Positions 19,030 to 29,098 of a stretch of DNA of 64,000 nucleotides are shown here, one piece after another; position 1 is the stretch's first letter, and every line of letters starts with the position of its first letter. The stretch spans positions 76,933 to 140,932 of IMG/VR virus record IMGVR_UViG_2724679183_000002, one strand, 5' to 3'. Source of the stretch: a virus. Its lineage: Duplodnaviria > Caudoviricetes. Below the pieces are notes generated by a model. It was not told where the DNA came from, made no database searches, and was given only the letters and a program-made list of their open reading frames with translations. The position numbers and the translations under genes were made by a program.

Positions 19030-19917
19030 ATGAAGCTTATTGGTATTAAAACAAATAACTGTTTTCTGGTGTCTGACAATATTCAAGGCGATAGCTATTT
19101 TTACAGTCAACTAGATAATTTGCTTTTCGATGGGAAACGAGCAGCTAAAACGTATAAGTCTGACTGGTTCAAGCTAGATAAGGAACCAAGTGTTATTGAG
19201 AAGCAAATGCCAGCTCAAGAAATCAATCATAGATATGAATTAAAAGAAGGGTTCCAGGAAACTGACTTAACTCCAAAAGTAATTGATGTCTCTTACATAG
19301 ATGAAGAAAGCGAATACTACGAAGTAAAAGGTCTATATGATTTGAAATTTGAAGAAGTCCCACAGCAGAATGAAAAGATTGAGTTTGAAATGAATGTAAT
19401 TGAAGAATTTGACGGAGAACTTAAGTTGAAAAGTCATAATTTCAACTTGAAATATAACTTGCTGGATAGAATTCAAACGCATCCAATGCTTCTTGAAACA
19501 AAGCCGTGTTACCTGTCTCAAGAAGAAAGCTATAAAATTATCAGAAACCATATTAAAGCAAATATTAACCCTAAATTTGCAAGAATCACAAGTGATTATG
19601 ATTTCTGTTTAACTGTGGTCAAAGTTTTGGAACTCTACAAACCTTATGAGTATGTTGTTGATATTAATGCAATGTACAAACGGAGAAAGCCTAAGCTTGA
19701 GAAAAGATTTCAGACAAAGCGGGAAGTTGAAATTTACAATGTTGCACCTAAAGCTTATCAGAACTACTCAATTGTAGAGCCATTTAGTGGAAATGACGTT
19801 GAAGATCTAAAGAGTAACATTAAGAAGTTTTTAGATGATTTGATGGCTAAAATCAACGAGCCATTAGTCGAATGTAAATGTTGCAAAGGAAGAGGGGTTA
19901 TTTTAAATGAAAATTAA
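19030..19917 (+). CDS. gad1: Gabija anti-defence protein Gad1
   Basis: 295 aa MKLIGIKT..., SDYDFCL and C-terminal CKCCKGRG match phi3T Gad1 as recalled. Confidence 0.88.
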   Translation: MKLIGIKTNNCFLVSDNIQGDSYFYSQLDNLLFDGKRAAKTYKSDWFKLDKEPSVIEKQMPAQEINHRYELKEGFQETDLTPKVIDVSYIDEESEYYEVKGLYDLKFEEVPQQNEKIEFEMNVIEEFDGELKLKSHNFNLKYNLLDRIQTHPMLLETKPCYLSQEESYKIIRNHIKANINPKFARITSDYDFCLTVVKVLELYKPYEYVVDINAMYKRRKPKLEKRFQTKREVEIYNVAPKAYQNYSIVEPFSGNDVEDLKSNIKKFLDDLMAKINEPLVECKCCKGRGVILNEN

Positions 19918-20179
19918 ATTGGATAAAGACTACATGATAAATCAATTGGAACTGCCGGAATCCTCAATCCTAGAAGAAATCACTGGCATTTCTAGGTGGA
20001 GCGTTAACTATAGAATTGTGTTCCCATATCAAGGTCGCTTTTATGAAACTTTTTATAGCAGGGGAGCAACTGAAATCCAAGATGAGAGCCCTTGGGAATA
20101 TGATGATCAAGTGGAATGTTATGAAGTTGAATTAAAAGAGGTAAAGGTTAAGAAATGGGCACGGAAAGAATCTAAATAA
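19907..20179 (+). CDS. 90 aa protein coupled to gad1
   Basis: overlaps the gad1 3' end; SRWS...GATEIQDESPWE. Confidence 0.75.
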   Translation: MKIKLDKDYMINQLELPESSILEEITGISRWSVNYRIVFPYQGRFYETFYSRGATEIQDESPWEYDDQVECYEVELKEVKVKKWARKESK

Positions 20180-20192
20180 AAACGATATTTTA
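20177..20192. repeat. junction palindrome overlapping the stop codon
   Basis: tctaaa TAAAA acgata TTTTA. Confidence 0.75.
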
Positions 20193-20205
20193 CGGAAAGA
20201 GGTTT

Positions 20206-20343
20206 ATGAAAATGTCTAATTACTTCTGCAATAAATGTAAAAAAGTCTGTGCAAAAGAGGAGGTTGATTTAATAGAAGATGCATGGGAAGGCGATTGGCA
20301 GGAAGTGCATTCAACATGCGGCGAAAAAGTGACTTGGTTTTAA
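20206..20343 (+). CDS. 45 aa Zn-ribbon protein
   Basis: CNKC...HSTCG, GAAAGAGG RBS; only gene between two palindromes. Confidence 0.6.
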   Translation: MKMSNYFCNKCKKVCAKEEVDLIEDAWEGDWQEVHSTCGEKVTWF

Positions 20344-20377
20344 AATGGGAAGGTGTAAAGCATTGGCTGCAGCTGAA

Positions 20378-20393
20378 TAAAAGTAATTTTTTA
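20378..20393. repeat. junction palindrome
   Basis: ctgaa TAAAA gtaatt TTTTA. Confidence 0.75.
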
Positions 20394-20463
20394 TTTAAAG
20401 GAGGTGATAACAATGTAATTCATATGATTCTTTAAAAGTGAAATATAAGAAAGTGGGTGTTAT

Positions 20464-20823
20464 ATGTTTAGAGCTATAGAGTTAAAGAGGGAAAATTATT
20501 CTCACTGCATACTAATTCAATCACAAGAGTCCCTCCACAGTATGAAAGTTGATTTGGAAACGTTTGCTACAAAAGAAAATATAGGAGGGAAAGTATTACT
20601 TGATACTTTGTTTCATTCGGAAAATACATAGGATCGTTTTTATGAGATAGAAATGGAACATGGAAAATTTAATTGGTCGACGTTGAAGGCTGTGACTGTT
20701 GATAAACAAAGTGAAATTAGAAAAGAAGTTGGGAAATTTCTTATGAATAATCCTTGGTTAGTCGAATCATCTACTTTGACTAATATCCAAAAACGGTTGT
20801 TGAGTAAAGGAATAGGAATATAA
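20464..20823 (+). pseudogene. RnlB/LsoB-like antitoxin with in-frame TAG at 20629-20631
   Basis: GKVLLDTLFHSENT*DRFYE...STLTNIQKRLL resembles the RnlB family pattern G.VL.DLL.SNG...RF...S.L...Q. Confidence 0.6.
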
Positions 20824-20841
20824 AAAAGGAGTGATTATTAA

Positions 20842-21666
20842 TTGTTGAGGATTAAAAACAGAATAGAGGAACTGTTAAAAAAGATTAAAGGAGCAGAGTG
20901 GGTCAGCTTTGGGCGGCGTTCCCAACTCTGCATGCGTCGTATCGCTACGAAGCCATCTAAGTATAACACAGTTAAGAAGACTTTTCCAATCTTGGTGACT
21001 GCTTTGGCTTCTTTCCTGAATCCAATAAGCATTTTAGCAGCAGACAAGTATAGGAACTTTGAAGAGCTTAAAGCGAATGAATCACCGTTCAACTTAAGCA
21101 TGTTCTCAAAAGAACAAGGGACTGATGTATTGATTCTTGCTCCCCATGGAGGTGGTATAGAAGGGGGAACAAGTGAGCTTGCAAAGGAATTAAGCGAATC
21201 TTACTCTACGTATCTGTTTGAAGCATTAAAGACTCCTGGAGCATTCGATTTGCATTTAACCAGTACGAATTTTGATGAACCACAAGCACTTGAGATGTTG
21301 AAGGAACATGAGTTCACACTATCACTTCATGGCTACGCTAGTAATGAGGAACATGTTTTAGTTGGCGGCACAGATCGAGACAAAGCTGAAGCGATAACAA
21401 ATTCTTTAAATAATGCCGGTTACTCTGCAGAGCTACTTGATGAGGGGACAAGGTTATCTGGTAGTAGCCCGAATAATATTGCCAATAAAAATAAAACAGG
21501 AAAGAGTATTCAACTTGAATTGAGCACTGGACTGCGAAAATCAATGTTTAACACATTTTCTCTAAAAGGGCGCTCAGGCACAAGAAATGAGACCTTTTAT
21601 AACTTCATTGACACTCTGTCACGGTTTCTCAATGAAAATGTAGAAGGGAAGGGTTTGACAACATGA
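20842..21666 (+). CDS. pghZ: poly-gamma-glutamate hydrolase (YoqZ/PghZ)
   Basis: APHGGGIEGGTSELA, HLTSTNFDEP, SLHG, QLELS motifs. Confidence 0.92.
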   Translation: MLRIKNRIEELLKKIKGAEWVSFGRRSQLCMRRIATKPSKYNTVKKTFPILVTALASFLNPISILAADKYRNFEELKANESPFNLSMFSKEQGTDVLILAPHGGGIEGGTSELAKELSESYSTYLFEALKTPGAFDLHLTSTNFDEPQALEMLKEHEFTLSLHGYASNEEHVLVGGTDRDKAEAITNSLNNAGYSAELLDEGTRLSGSSPNNIANKNKTGKSIQLELSTGLRKSMFNTFSLKGRSGTRNETFYNFIDTLSRFLNENVEGKGLTT

Positions 21667-23405
21667 ACATGCAACAGCCCTTATACTATTTTGTTGATGC
21701 TCTGGATTGGGGAATTGATGATAAAGGGTCAAATGCAATTGAAACAACAGAGGGCTTTAATAGAGCTTTAGAGTACGCTAGTTCCAATTCATTTTTTAGA
21801 GTTTACGTTCCAAAAGGTAAGTATTTAATCGATGCAGTTAATACAACAAAACGATTGCCTGAATTTGGCGGTGGAATATATGTTCCATCAAATATTGAGC
21901 TGATATTACATCCAGAAGCGGTATTTCACGTGTTGCCCAATGATTATCAGGGATACTCCTGCTTTTATGTTGGTCAAGCGAGTAACGTTACAATTCGTGG
22001 GGGACAAATCATCGGAGATCGTTATGAGCACGATTATTCAAAAATTAATTCAACACAGGAAACTCATGAATGGGGATATGGAATACATATTCACGGAAGC
22101 AAAAACGTGTTAATAGAAAATGTAAGCATCTCAGACTGTATTGGCGATAACATTTGGATTGCTGCGTATGGAATGATGAATACGTCAGGCACATATACAC
22201 CTTCGAGAAATGTAACTGTAAGAAAGTGTACGTTAAAAAGAGGTAGGAGAAATAACCTTGCTACCAATGGATGTGAAGGGTTTCTTGTAGATGACTGTGA
22301 TATTGAGGAAGCGGGAGGGGATACAATTGGGCCACAACTAGGAATTGATTTAGAAGGCTTTGGTGAAAAAGGAATTAAGTATGATCACCCGTACAAATTA
22401 ACTGTACGAAACTGTAGGTTTAAAAACAATGGACGCGGTTCGATTACTGCACATACAAGCGGTAAGGTAATCATTGATGGAAACTACTGCGACAATGTAA
22501 TTTCGTATGGTTACAGTACGGATGTTAGCATCAAAAACAACAAGATTATTAATGAGGGCTCAGTTAAGACATACGGAATTGATTCGGTGGGGGTTTCAAC
22601 TACTGAGTCAGGAAATAGAGTACAAATTGATGGCAATACGGTAAGCGGATTTGAAGTAGGTATTTGTGCAAGAGGAAAAGGCGTAACGATATCAAATAAT
22701 ACCTTGGAAAGAATAAAAGCATGTCCTATTTCAACACATCAGGCAGAGGACGTATTAATCACAGATAACAGAATGGAAAACAGCGATTGTATTCAAGTTC
22801 AGGTTCGGAACTCAAATGATGTAAGGGTTGTGAATAACAAGGGAAAAGGAACAACCACAGCATACGCTTCAAAGATAATGGATTCTACCCGAGTCAGTCT
22901 CATTAATAATGAGTTTGTTAATGTATATGGAGGAGTTTATTGCGAAAGGTCTCAGTCAGTTCGTTTAAAGGGGAATGACTTAATATTAAGCGGGAGTGGA
23001 CACGGCATCTTTTGGGATAAGGACTCTTCCGTCTCATTGCATCGAAATGAAATTCATGAACCTAAAAACGTTGCAATTAAAGGCACTCCTGAGAAGTACA
23101 GCTGTCAGATTAGTGAGAATCAGATTTATTTTTGTAAGTCATTAATCGCTATTCACCTGGTCGGTGGTTCAGAACACATACTAAAGGATAATGAGATCAT
23201 GTTTAATCGTTCGTCAGACCAGGGATATGGAGTTTATTTGGAAAATACGAACAAAGCACGACTGGTAAGGAATGATGTGCATGGGATTGGAGGCAAGTTA
23301 CTATCTCATCCTTATTGCACAGAAAAAGCAAAGAATACAACCTTAATTCATAACACTTACAATAGTGGCACGTTAAAGACTGCAGAAGGAGACACTATAG
23401 TTTAG
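21663..23405 (+). CDS. yorA: YorA right-handed beta-helix (pectin lyase-like) protein
   Basis: parallel beta-helix repeats, synteny with yoqZ. Confidence 0.88.
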   Translation: MNMQQPLYYFVDALDWGIDDKGSNAIETTEGFNRALEYASSNSFFRVYVPKGKYLIDAVNTTKRLPEFGGGIYVPSNIELILHPEAVFHVLPNDYQGYSCFYVGQASNVTIRGGQIIGDRYEHDYSKINSTQETHEWGYGIHIHGSKNVLIENVSISDCIGDNIWIAAYGMMNTSGTYTPSRNVTVRKCTLKRGRRNNLATNGCEGFLVDDCDIEEAGGDTIGPQLGIDLEGFGEKGIKYDHPYKLTVRNCRFKNNGRGSITAHTSGKVIIDGNYCDNVISYGYSTDVSIKNNKIINEGSVKTYGIDSVGVSTTESGNRVQIDGNTVSGFEVGICARGKGVTISNNTLERIKACPISTHQAEDVLITDNRMENSDCIQVQVRNSNDVRVVNNKGKGTTTAYASKIMDSTRVSLINNEFVNVYGGVYCERSQSVRLKGNDLILSGSGHGIFWDKDSSVSLHRNEIHEPKNVAIKGTPEKYSCQISENQIYFCKSLIAIHLVGGSEHILKDNEIMFNRSSDQGYGVYLENTNKARLVRNDVHGIGGKLLSHPYCTEKAKNTTLIHNTYNSGTLKTAEGDTIV

Positions 23406-23406
23406 A

Positions 23407-23422
23407 TGAAATTGTAATTTTA
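23407..23422. repeat. junction palindrome
   Basis: taga TGAAA ttgtaa TTTTA acaag. Confidence 0.75.
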
Positions 23423-23443
23423 ACAAGATTGGGAGATGGATTT

Positions 23444-23821
23444 ATGGCCAATATTTTAAGCAAAGAACAGGATGAAGCAATCCGGTATTTCAAGAACAAG
23501 CTGAACATATCTGAAAAATTGTACATATCCTTAATTAATTTTGAACTGCTTAGAGATAAGCATTATGAATTTGCGGAAAGGTTATATGAGCTTTATAAGG
23601 CAGACCCTTATCTGTATATTAGAGCGCTTAAAGAAGGTTATGTGGTTGATCAGCCAATTGAATTTAATGAAGCAATTGTGCGGTTCTATGATGGTGAAGA
23701 TCTTGCTGTGATCCATATGACCACGGGGAAGAGATACAATGTAAATGTGAAAATGAAAAAGCTCCCTGATGGTTTTACGTTGCAGACAATGAACATGTGG
23801 TCTTGGAGTGAGGTTATTTAA
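23444..23821 (+). CDS. yorC: YorC-like protein
   Basis: 125 aa, synteny. Confidence 0.65.
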   Translation: MANILSKEQDEAIRYFKNKLNISEKLYISLINFELLRDKHYEFAERLYELYKADPYLYIRALKEGYVVDQPIEFNEAIVRFYDGEDLAVIHMTTGKRYNVNVKMKKLPDGFTLQTMNMWSWSEVI

Positions 23822-23888
23822 TCGTTTCATTATAATTGCAGGGTTTCGATAATTATCTGAAGCCTTGCAATTCCTCAACAAATATTAA

Positions 23889-23942
23889 AAATAAAAAATA
23901 AGTATAAAAACACTAGACGAATATAAAAAATAAGTATATAAT
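23889..23942 (+). promoter_or_regulatory. replication-operon promoter with two SPBRE-like repeats
   Basis: TAGACG(23914)-aatataaaaaataagta-TATAAT, plus a second AATAAAAAATAAGTAT upstream. Confidence 0.8.
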
Positions 23943-23973
23943 GAAATCAAGTTAAAGGAAAGGAGGCGCAGAC

Positions 23974-24336
23974 ATGTCGGTACTGGGAATTACTGAAAAA
24001 GCTCTGGATCAATATCGGAAGACGGTCAAATATAATCACGCCACCACACCGGATCAAGTGTTATTAAAAATGATTCGAAATGTAACTCTTGTAAAAGAAA
24101 CACATCCTAGTCGAGTGAAGAAACGTTTGTTTTACACAGAGTATGCATACGGCAATTTAGTCATTAAGGTTAACAGAAAGAAACAGGTCTTTAAAATTTT
24201 CAATAAGAAAGACCAAGAAGATGAGCAAGTGAATTGGAAATTTCCTAAAAGGAGATATATAGAGCTAAATAAAGAACTCGGGATAAAAGATTGCAAGTTT
24301 AGCAAAAATACATATTCAAAGAAAAAACGATCATAA
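23974..24336 (+). CDS. yorE: YorE-like protein
   Basis: 120 aa, AGGAGG RBS, synteny. Confidence 0.7.
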   Translation: MSVLGITEKALDQYRKTVKYNHATTPDQVLLKMIRNVTLVKETHPSRVKKRLFYTEYAYGNLVIKVNRKKQVFKIFNKKDQEDEQVNWKFPKRRYIELNKELGIKDCKFSKNTYSKKKRS

Positions 24337-24363
24337 AAATAAAAATAGAGGATGATTTGTTGG

Positions 24364-25701
24364 ATGGCGAAGAAAAAAGATGAAATTAAAATTAACAAAA
24401 AACACGGTGGTAAAGAGTTTACCAATAGTTTCAGGTTTATTGGATTAGTGAAGCCGGTTAGAAAAAAAGACCCTGAAACAGACAGTTGGTATGATGTTGA
24501 AATTTATCAAACGACTGTAACACAGACTAAAAAAAATCGGAGAGTACTTCAATTTAGTATCGAAACTGCGCCTTATAATGAACTAAAAGTTGAGCTTTCT
24601 GGAATGGAACGTGATTTAGCTTATGCATATAGTTCTAAACATAAAAAAACAGTAGCAGTGCCGTGGGCAGATCGAAACGATAAAACAAAACTTCCTGATG
24701 AAACGTATCACGTGATTGCACCAGAATGGGATATGGCTGAACAATTTGCAAAAATCGTAAAGCCTGGTATGTGGGTAGAAGTTCAAGGACAGTACGAATT
24801 TGATACTTTTGAAAACGACAACGGAGAAGAAATCAAACTAGTAAAACGAATTATTAATAGAGTTTATCCTTTGAAAAATGGAGAAGTTGAAGTTAAAGAT
24901 GTCGAAGACGGAGTCCAGTTTAAAGTGTATGACTCAGATCAAGAGGGAATCCGGCTCGGTAGTGGAAAAGCGAAAGAAGGTGTGGCGAAAATTAAGGTAG
25001 GGTGGTTAGATCCTTCTGGAGGAGACCTATTTATCACTAAAGTTACGGACGACGGTGAGGGGGAACGTTTTAAAGTAAGTTACACTGACGGAGTTGTAGA
25101 GACGGACAAGATTAAGGTGTCAAATAATATTCAAAGTGAAGTAAGAGTACCAGAAGCAAACGGTAAATACAGTTATGTGCCTTATGTAAGAGACTTCGGG
25201 TCTGAAGATTTTAACGAATATAATAAATTTGAAATGCAGCTAGGGATTAAGAGTACATACCAAGACGAAGAAACAAAAGACACTAAGGTGAATGGAGTTT
25301 ATCTTGATTACGGTAAAGAACGAAGTGTTCCAAAAGATGTTGATTTGGTTGTCTATTATAAGGAGCCAGAAGAAGGAAAAAAATCAATCGCGGATGCTTT
25401 TGGCGGTTTAGAGAGAGGTGCTTTTCTGGTTGTTGAAGGAATCGACAATAATAGAGCGCAATTTACACAAGTCGAAGTTAAGGAGTCCGAGGATGAAAAT
25501 CCTTTTGAAGATGTAGGGGAAAAAGTGACTTCCTTTGAGACCGTTTCTACGGGGACACGTAAGGGTTTAGAAATCCTCAAATACATTGTTGGTACTTATA
25601 AATGTGGACTATTGACAGAAGAAGAAATTTCAAATGAGAATACGTCGAATGAAGATCCATTCGCAGAAGTTGTTATCAGCGATGATGATCTGCCTTTCTA
25701 A
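24364..25701 (+). CDS. putative ssDNA-binding protein (YorF-like)
   Basis: acidic DDDLPF C-terminus, position before the AAA ATPase. Confidence 0.7.
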   Translation: MAKKKDEIKINKKHGGKEFTNSFRFIGLVKPVRKKDPETDSWYDVEIYQTTVTQTKKNRRVLQFSIETAPYNELKVELSGMERDLAYAYSSKHKKTVAVPWADRNDKTKLPDETYHVIAPEWDMAEQFAKIVKPGMWVEVQGQYEFDTFENDNGEEIKLVKRIINRVYPLKNGEVEVKDVEDGVQFKVYDSDQEGIRLGSGKAKEGVAKIKVGWLDPSGGDLFITKVTDDGEGERFKVSYTDGVVETDKIKVSNNIQSEVRVPEANGKYSYVPYVRDFGSEDFNEYNKFEMQLGIKSTYQDEETKDTKVNGVYLDYGKERSVPKDVDLVVYYKEPEEGKKSIADAFGGLERGAFLVVEGIDNNRAQFTQVEVKESEDENPFEDVGEKVTSFETVSTGTRKGLEILKYIVGTYKCGLLTEEEISNENTSNEDPFAEVVISDDDLPF

Positions 25702-25747
25702 AAAAACAAAATTAGACTATTAAAATTTTAATAAAGGGAGAGATTAG

Positions 25748-26911
25748 ATGAGCTTTCGAAAAAAAACCAAAAATAACACGCCTAAAGTTGAACTGCAATC
25801 AATCATGACACTTGTAGCAGGAGGATATAAAACGGGTAAGACAAGACTTTGGAAAGAAGTAACTGAGATGCATTACTCAAATCCTGAAGAAGCTCTACTA
25901 TTGTCCTTTGAAGACGGGTATGAAACTTGGCAGCTGGACAACATTCTCCCTCTACATGAGGAAGGTACGGACAAAAACCTTTGGAAGGTATGGGAATACT
26001 TCAAAAAAGTTGTGGTGCCTGAATTGGTTCAAGAGGCAAAAACAGGGAGAATCGTGAAGCTTATTGGAGTTGATACAGCAGATAGAGCTATTGATGCTTG
26101 TACAGCATGGATTTTGAATGATAGAAAAAGGCTTTATGGGAAAACATTCGAATCCCTTCAAGATATTTCTGAATCGACTAACGGTAAAGAAAATGGTTGG
26201 ACAGCTCTTTATGAGGAACTTAAAAAGCCTTTTGATACATTGAAAAATGCAGGTTATGGATTAATGTTTCTTGCATGGACAAAAGAAAAAGAAACAACTC
26301 TTTATGATGGAATGAAGTACAACTCCATTCAACTTATGATGCCTAACTCAGGAAGAAAAGTCTTCGAATCACAGGCAAGTCTTATCTGCTGCTTACATAA
26401 CGAAGTTTCTGTATTGGATAAACAAGGTAATGAACTTGATGACAATATTAAAGATAAAAAAGGTCGGGATAAAGCAAGTAACTTCCATGACACAAAAGTA
26501 ATGATGTACTTCAGACCTTCTGAGTATGTTGAAATTGCTGGAGGACGGTATACTGAATTGCCAGAAAAGGTTGAGTACAGTGCTGAAAACTTCTTGAAAA
26601 CCTTCGAGAACGCTGTACTCGGACAAATTACAAAGACTGACCGAACTGTTCAGGAGATTAAAAAAGAGGAAGAGTTACTTAGAGAGGAGAAGGTGCAGGA
26701 AGCTGCTGAAAAGGCTGAAAGTGATCCTCAGACTTATTTGGACGAAATCACTTCTTTAGTAGCCAGTCAAACACCGGCAGTAAAGCATCAATTAGCTGAT
26801 GCTTATGCAGAAAAGTTTGGCGGGCAAAAGAATTATAAGCAATTAAGTTCAGTAGAAGATCTTAAAGAAGCCTTAAATATCACTAAAGAAATACTGAAGG
26901 TAGCTAACTAG
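25748..26911 (+). CDS. yorG: YorG-like AAA ATPase (Sak4-type)
   Basis: Walker A GGYKTGKT, Walker B IGVDT. Confidence 0.8.
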   Translation: MSFRKKTKNNTPKVELQSIMTLVAGGYKTGKTRLWKEVTEMHYSNPEEALLLSFEDGYETWQLDNILPLHEEGTDKNLWKVWEYFKKVVVPELVQEAKTGRIVKLIGVDTADRAIDACTAWILNDRKRLYGKTFESLQDISESTNGKENGWTALYEELKKPFDTLKNAGYGLMFLAWTKEKETTLYDGMKYNSIQLMMPNSGRKVFESQASLICCLHNEVSVLDKQGNELDDNIKDKKGRDKASNFHDTKVMMYFRPSEYVEIAGGRYTELPEKVEYSAENFLKTFENAVLGQITKTDRTVQEIKKEEELLREEKVQEAAEKAESDPQTYLDEITSLVASQTPAVKHQLADAYAEKFGGQKNYKQLSSVEDLKEALNITKEILKVAN

Positions 26912-26951
26912 GGGAGAGGTTTCTCTCCCTATTTAATAAAGGAGAACGCCT

Positions 26952-27563
26952 ATGAAAGAGGTAAAATGCCAGTGGTGTGGATCAAAAGGGGCTAAAAAAG
27001 AAATGTCCTGTGAAGCAAAACCGACTGGGAAACTCAATAAGAATGGATCCCAAAAATATATCAGGAAATATTTTCATGACGATTGCTTTGAAGCATATAA
27101 GCAAGATAAGAAATTTAAAGAAAATGAAGCAGCAGAGTTTGATGAACTTTACAATTATTTATTAGATTTACATAGATTAGAGCGTTTAGACTCCCGCATG
27201 ATTGAACGAATTCAGGATTTAAGGAACGGTACAGTTAAATACCAAAATCAAAAGGTTAAAAGGTATAAAGAGGGTGTTCCATTTAGAAAAATTTTAGATG
27301 CATATAAATTCTCTGAACAGCAGTTACGTAATGTCCACAACTATAAAACGCTTGAATCAAGTTGGCAGGAGTTTACTTATTTCCTGAGTATCGTAATCAG
27401 TAATATGAATGAGATGAAAGAAACGAACAGGCGTAGCAAGCAACAAGATGTTATCCGTACAAACATCATTAACAAACAAATTCAAGTGCAAAGTGAAATC
27501 GATATTAAAATTAAACCTAAAAACATAAGAAAAGATGAATTAGATATCTCAAGTTTTTTATAG
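26952..27563 (+). CDS. yorH: YorH-like Zn-finger protein, possible helicase loader
   Basis: CQWC...HDDC, directly before the helicase. Confidence 0.65.
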   Translation: MKEVKCQWCGSKGAKKEMSCEAKPTGKLNKNGSQKYIRKYFHDDCFEAYKQDKKFKENEAAEFDELYNYLLDLHRLERLDSRMIERIQDLRNGTVKYQNQKVKRYKEGVPFRKILDAYKFSEQQLRNVHNYKTLESSWQEFTYFLSIVISNMNEMKETNRRSKQQDVIRTNIINKQIQVQSEIDIKIKPKNIRKDELDISSFL

Positions 27564-27572
27564 GAGAGTGCC

Positions 27573-29084
27573 ATGAAGAAACGAAATTACATAGATGAAT
27601 TTGTTGAACCCTCATACATTCATGAATCTCTTTTCGTTGGGTATTTGTGGTCTAACCCAATGCTGTATCAAAGATATAGAACACATAAGATTACAAAAGA
27701 AACATTTACTGAGCCAATATGGTATTTCTATTTCACAGTTGGATCGCAGATGTTTGAAAACGGGATCAGAGATTTTGACGACAAAACCGTTTATTCATTC
27801 TTAGTATCAAGGCCTAAAGAAAAAAATAAAAAGAGCTATTTAGATGCTTACAATGACTTTGGTGGCTATGAATCAGTTGAAGAACTTATGAATGAATGTA
27901 AGACGGATAGTCAGAATGAAGAATATCATTTTAATGAAATTCAAAAATATGAAAGCTTAAGAAAATTACAAGATGCTTCATTGATTGATACTTCAGATGA
28001 GAAGTTAATTGAAAAGCTTACGATTATGACGCTTAAACAGTTGCAGTTGTATATGCAGTATAAGCATAAGGAAACATTCGCACACATCAACTCTGGTGAT
28101 GTTATCGAACATGATCTCGTGGACGGGCTCAATGAGACAATTGAAGATCTTGATTCAGGTGAGTCTATGGGATCTCCTTTACATGATTCGCCTCGATTAA
28201 ATAGGAAAATTAAAGGTTGGAAAGATGGCTCTCTTTACTATTTAGTACTCTCCTCTGGTGTAGGGAAAAGCTCAATTGCGATGGAAAAGTTTATATTGAG
28301 CCTTTTCGAAAACCAAGAGAAGGCAATTCTGGCCATAAACGAGGAAAGTGTAAAGAAGTGGCGTTCATTACTTCTTGCAACGATCTCATCTAAGATTCTA
28401 AAAAAGCCGATCAACAGAGAAAAGTTATATGAAGGTAATTTTAAGCAAGAAATGCTAAATAAATTAAATGCAGCAAAAGATTGGGCTTGGGAGCGTGGTC
28501 AGGGGTTAATTAAAACACTTGAATTAAAAAAGTATCGAGTAGAAGACATTTTGAGTCGAGTTGAGCTTTATAGACCCAAAGGTTATAACAAGCTTATCAT
28601 TGACACCTTTAAGCCCGATCGATCACAAAAAGATATGGCTCGGTGGGAAGCTTTTTCAAACTCAGCACAAGAATTGCATGATTTGATCAAGGAAGACAAC
28701 CAGAATGTCGGCACTTTAGCAACAGTGCAGCTGAAGTTAGGCAAAGAAACAAGATTCTTGGACTTAGATTCGACGGGAAAGAGTATGGAGATAAACGAAG
28801 TAGCTGCTGTTGTAATGATGGGAAGGTTACTTTTCGCAGACGAGTACACAGGTTCTAAAACCAGATATGAATTAAAGCCGTATAACTATAAAAAGGATGA
28901 GTTGGGGAACTGGTATGAAGAAGAATACGTGTTAGATCCTAAAAAGACTTATTTAGTCCTTTTTCTAGCCAAGAACCGTTTCGGAAGTGAAGAAGAGCAG
29001 ATTATTTATGAAGTAAATTACAGTATTAACTCTTTCGAAGAAGTTGCTTATGTAAAGGTTCCAAGACTTGGAGGAGCATTCTAA
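27573..29084 (+). CDS. yorI: DnaB-like replicative helicase
   Basis: SGVGKSS, IIDT, KNRFG motifs. Confidence 0.92.
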   Translation: MKKRNYIDEFVEPSYIHESLFVGYLWSNPMLYQRYRTHKITKETFTEPIWYFYFTVGSQMFENGIRDFDDKTVYSFLVSRPKEKNKKSYLDAYNDFGGYESVEELMNECKTDSQNEEYHFNEIQKYESLRKLQDASLIDTSDEKLIEKLTIMTLKQLQLYMQYKHKETFAHINSGDVIEHDLVDGLNETIEDLDSGESMGSPLHDSPRLNRKIKGWKDGSLYYLVLSSGVGKSSIAMEKFILSLFENQEKAILAINEESVKKWRSLLLATISSKILKKPINREKLYEGNFKQEMLNKLNAAKDWAWERGQGLIKTLELKKYRVEDILSRVELYRPKGYNKLIIDTFKPDRSQKDMARWEAFSNSAQELHDLIKEDNQNVGTLATVQLKLGKETRFLDLDSTGKSMEINEVAAVVMMGRLLFADEYTGSKTRYELKPYNYKKDELGNWYEEEYVLDPKKTYLVLFLAKNRFGSEEEQIIYEVNYSINSFEEVAYVKVPRLGGAF

Positions 29085-29098
29085 GAAGGTGGCGATAA

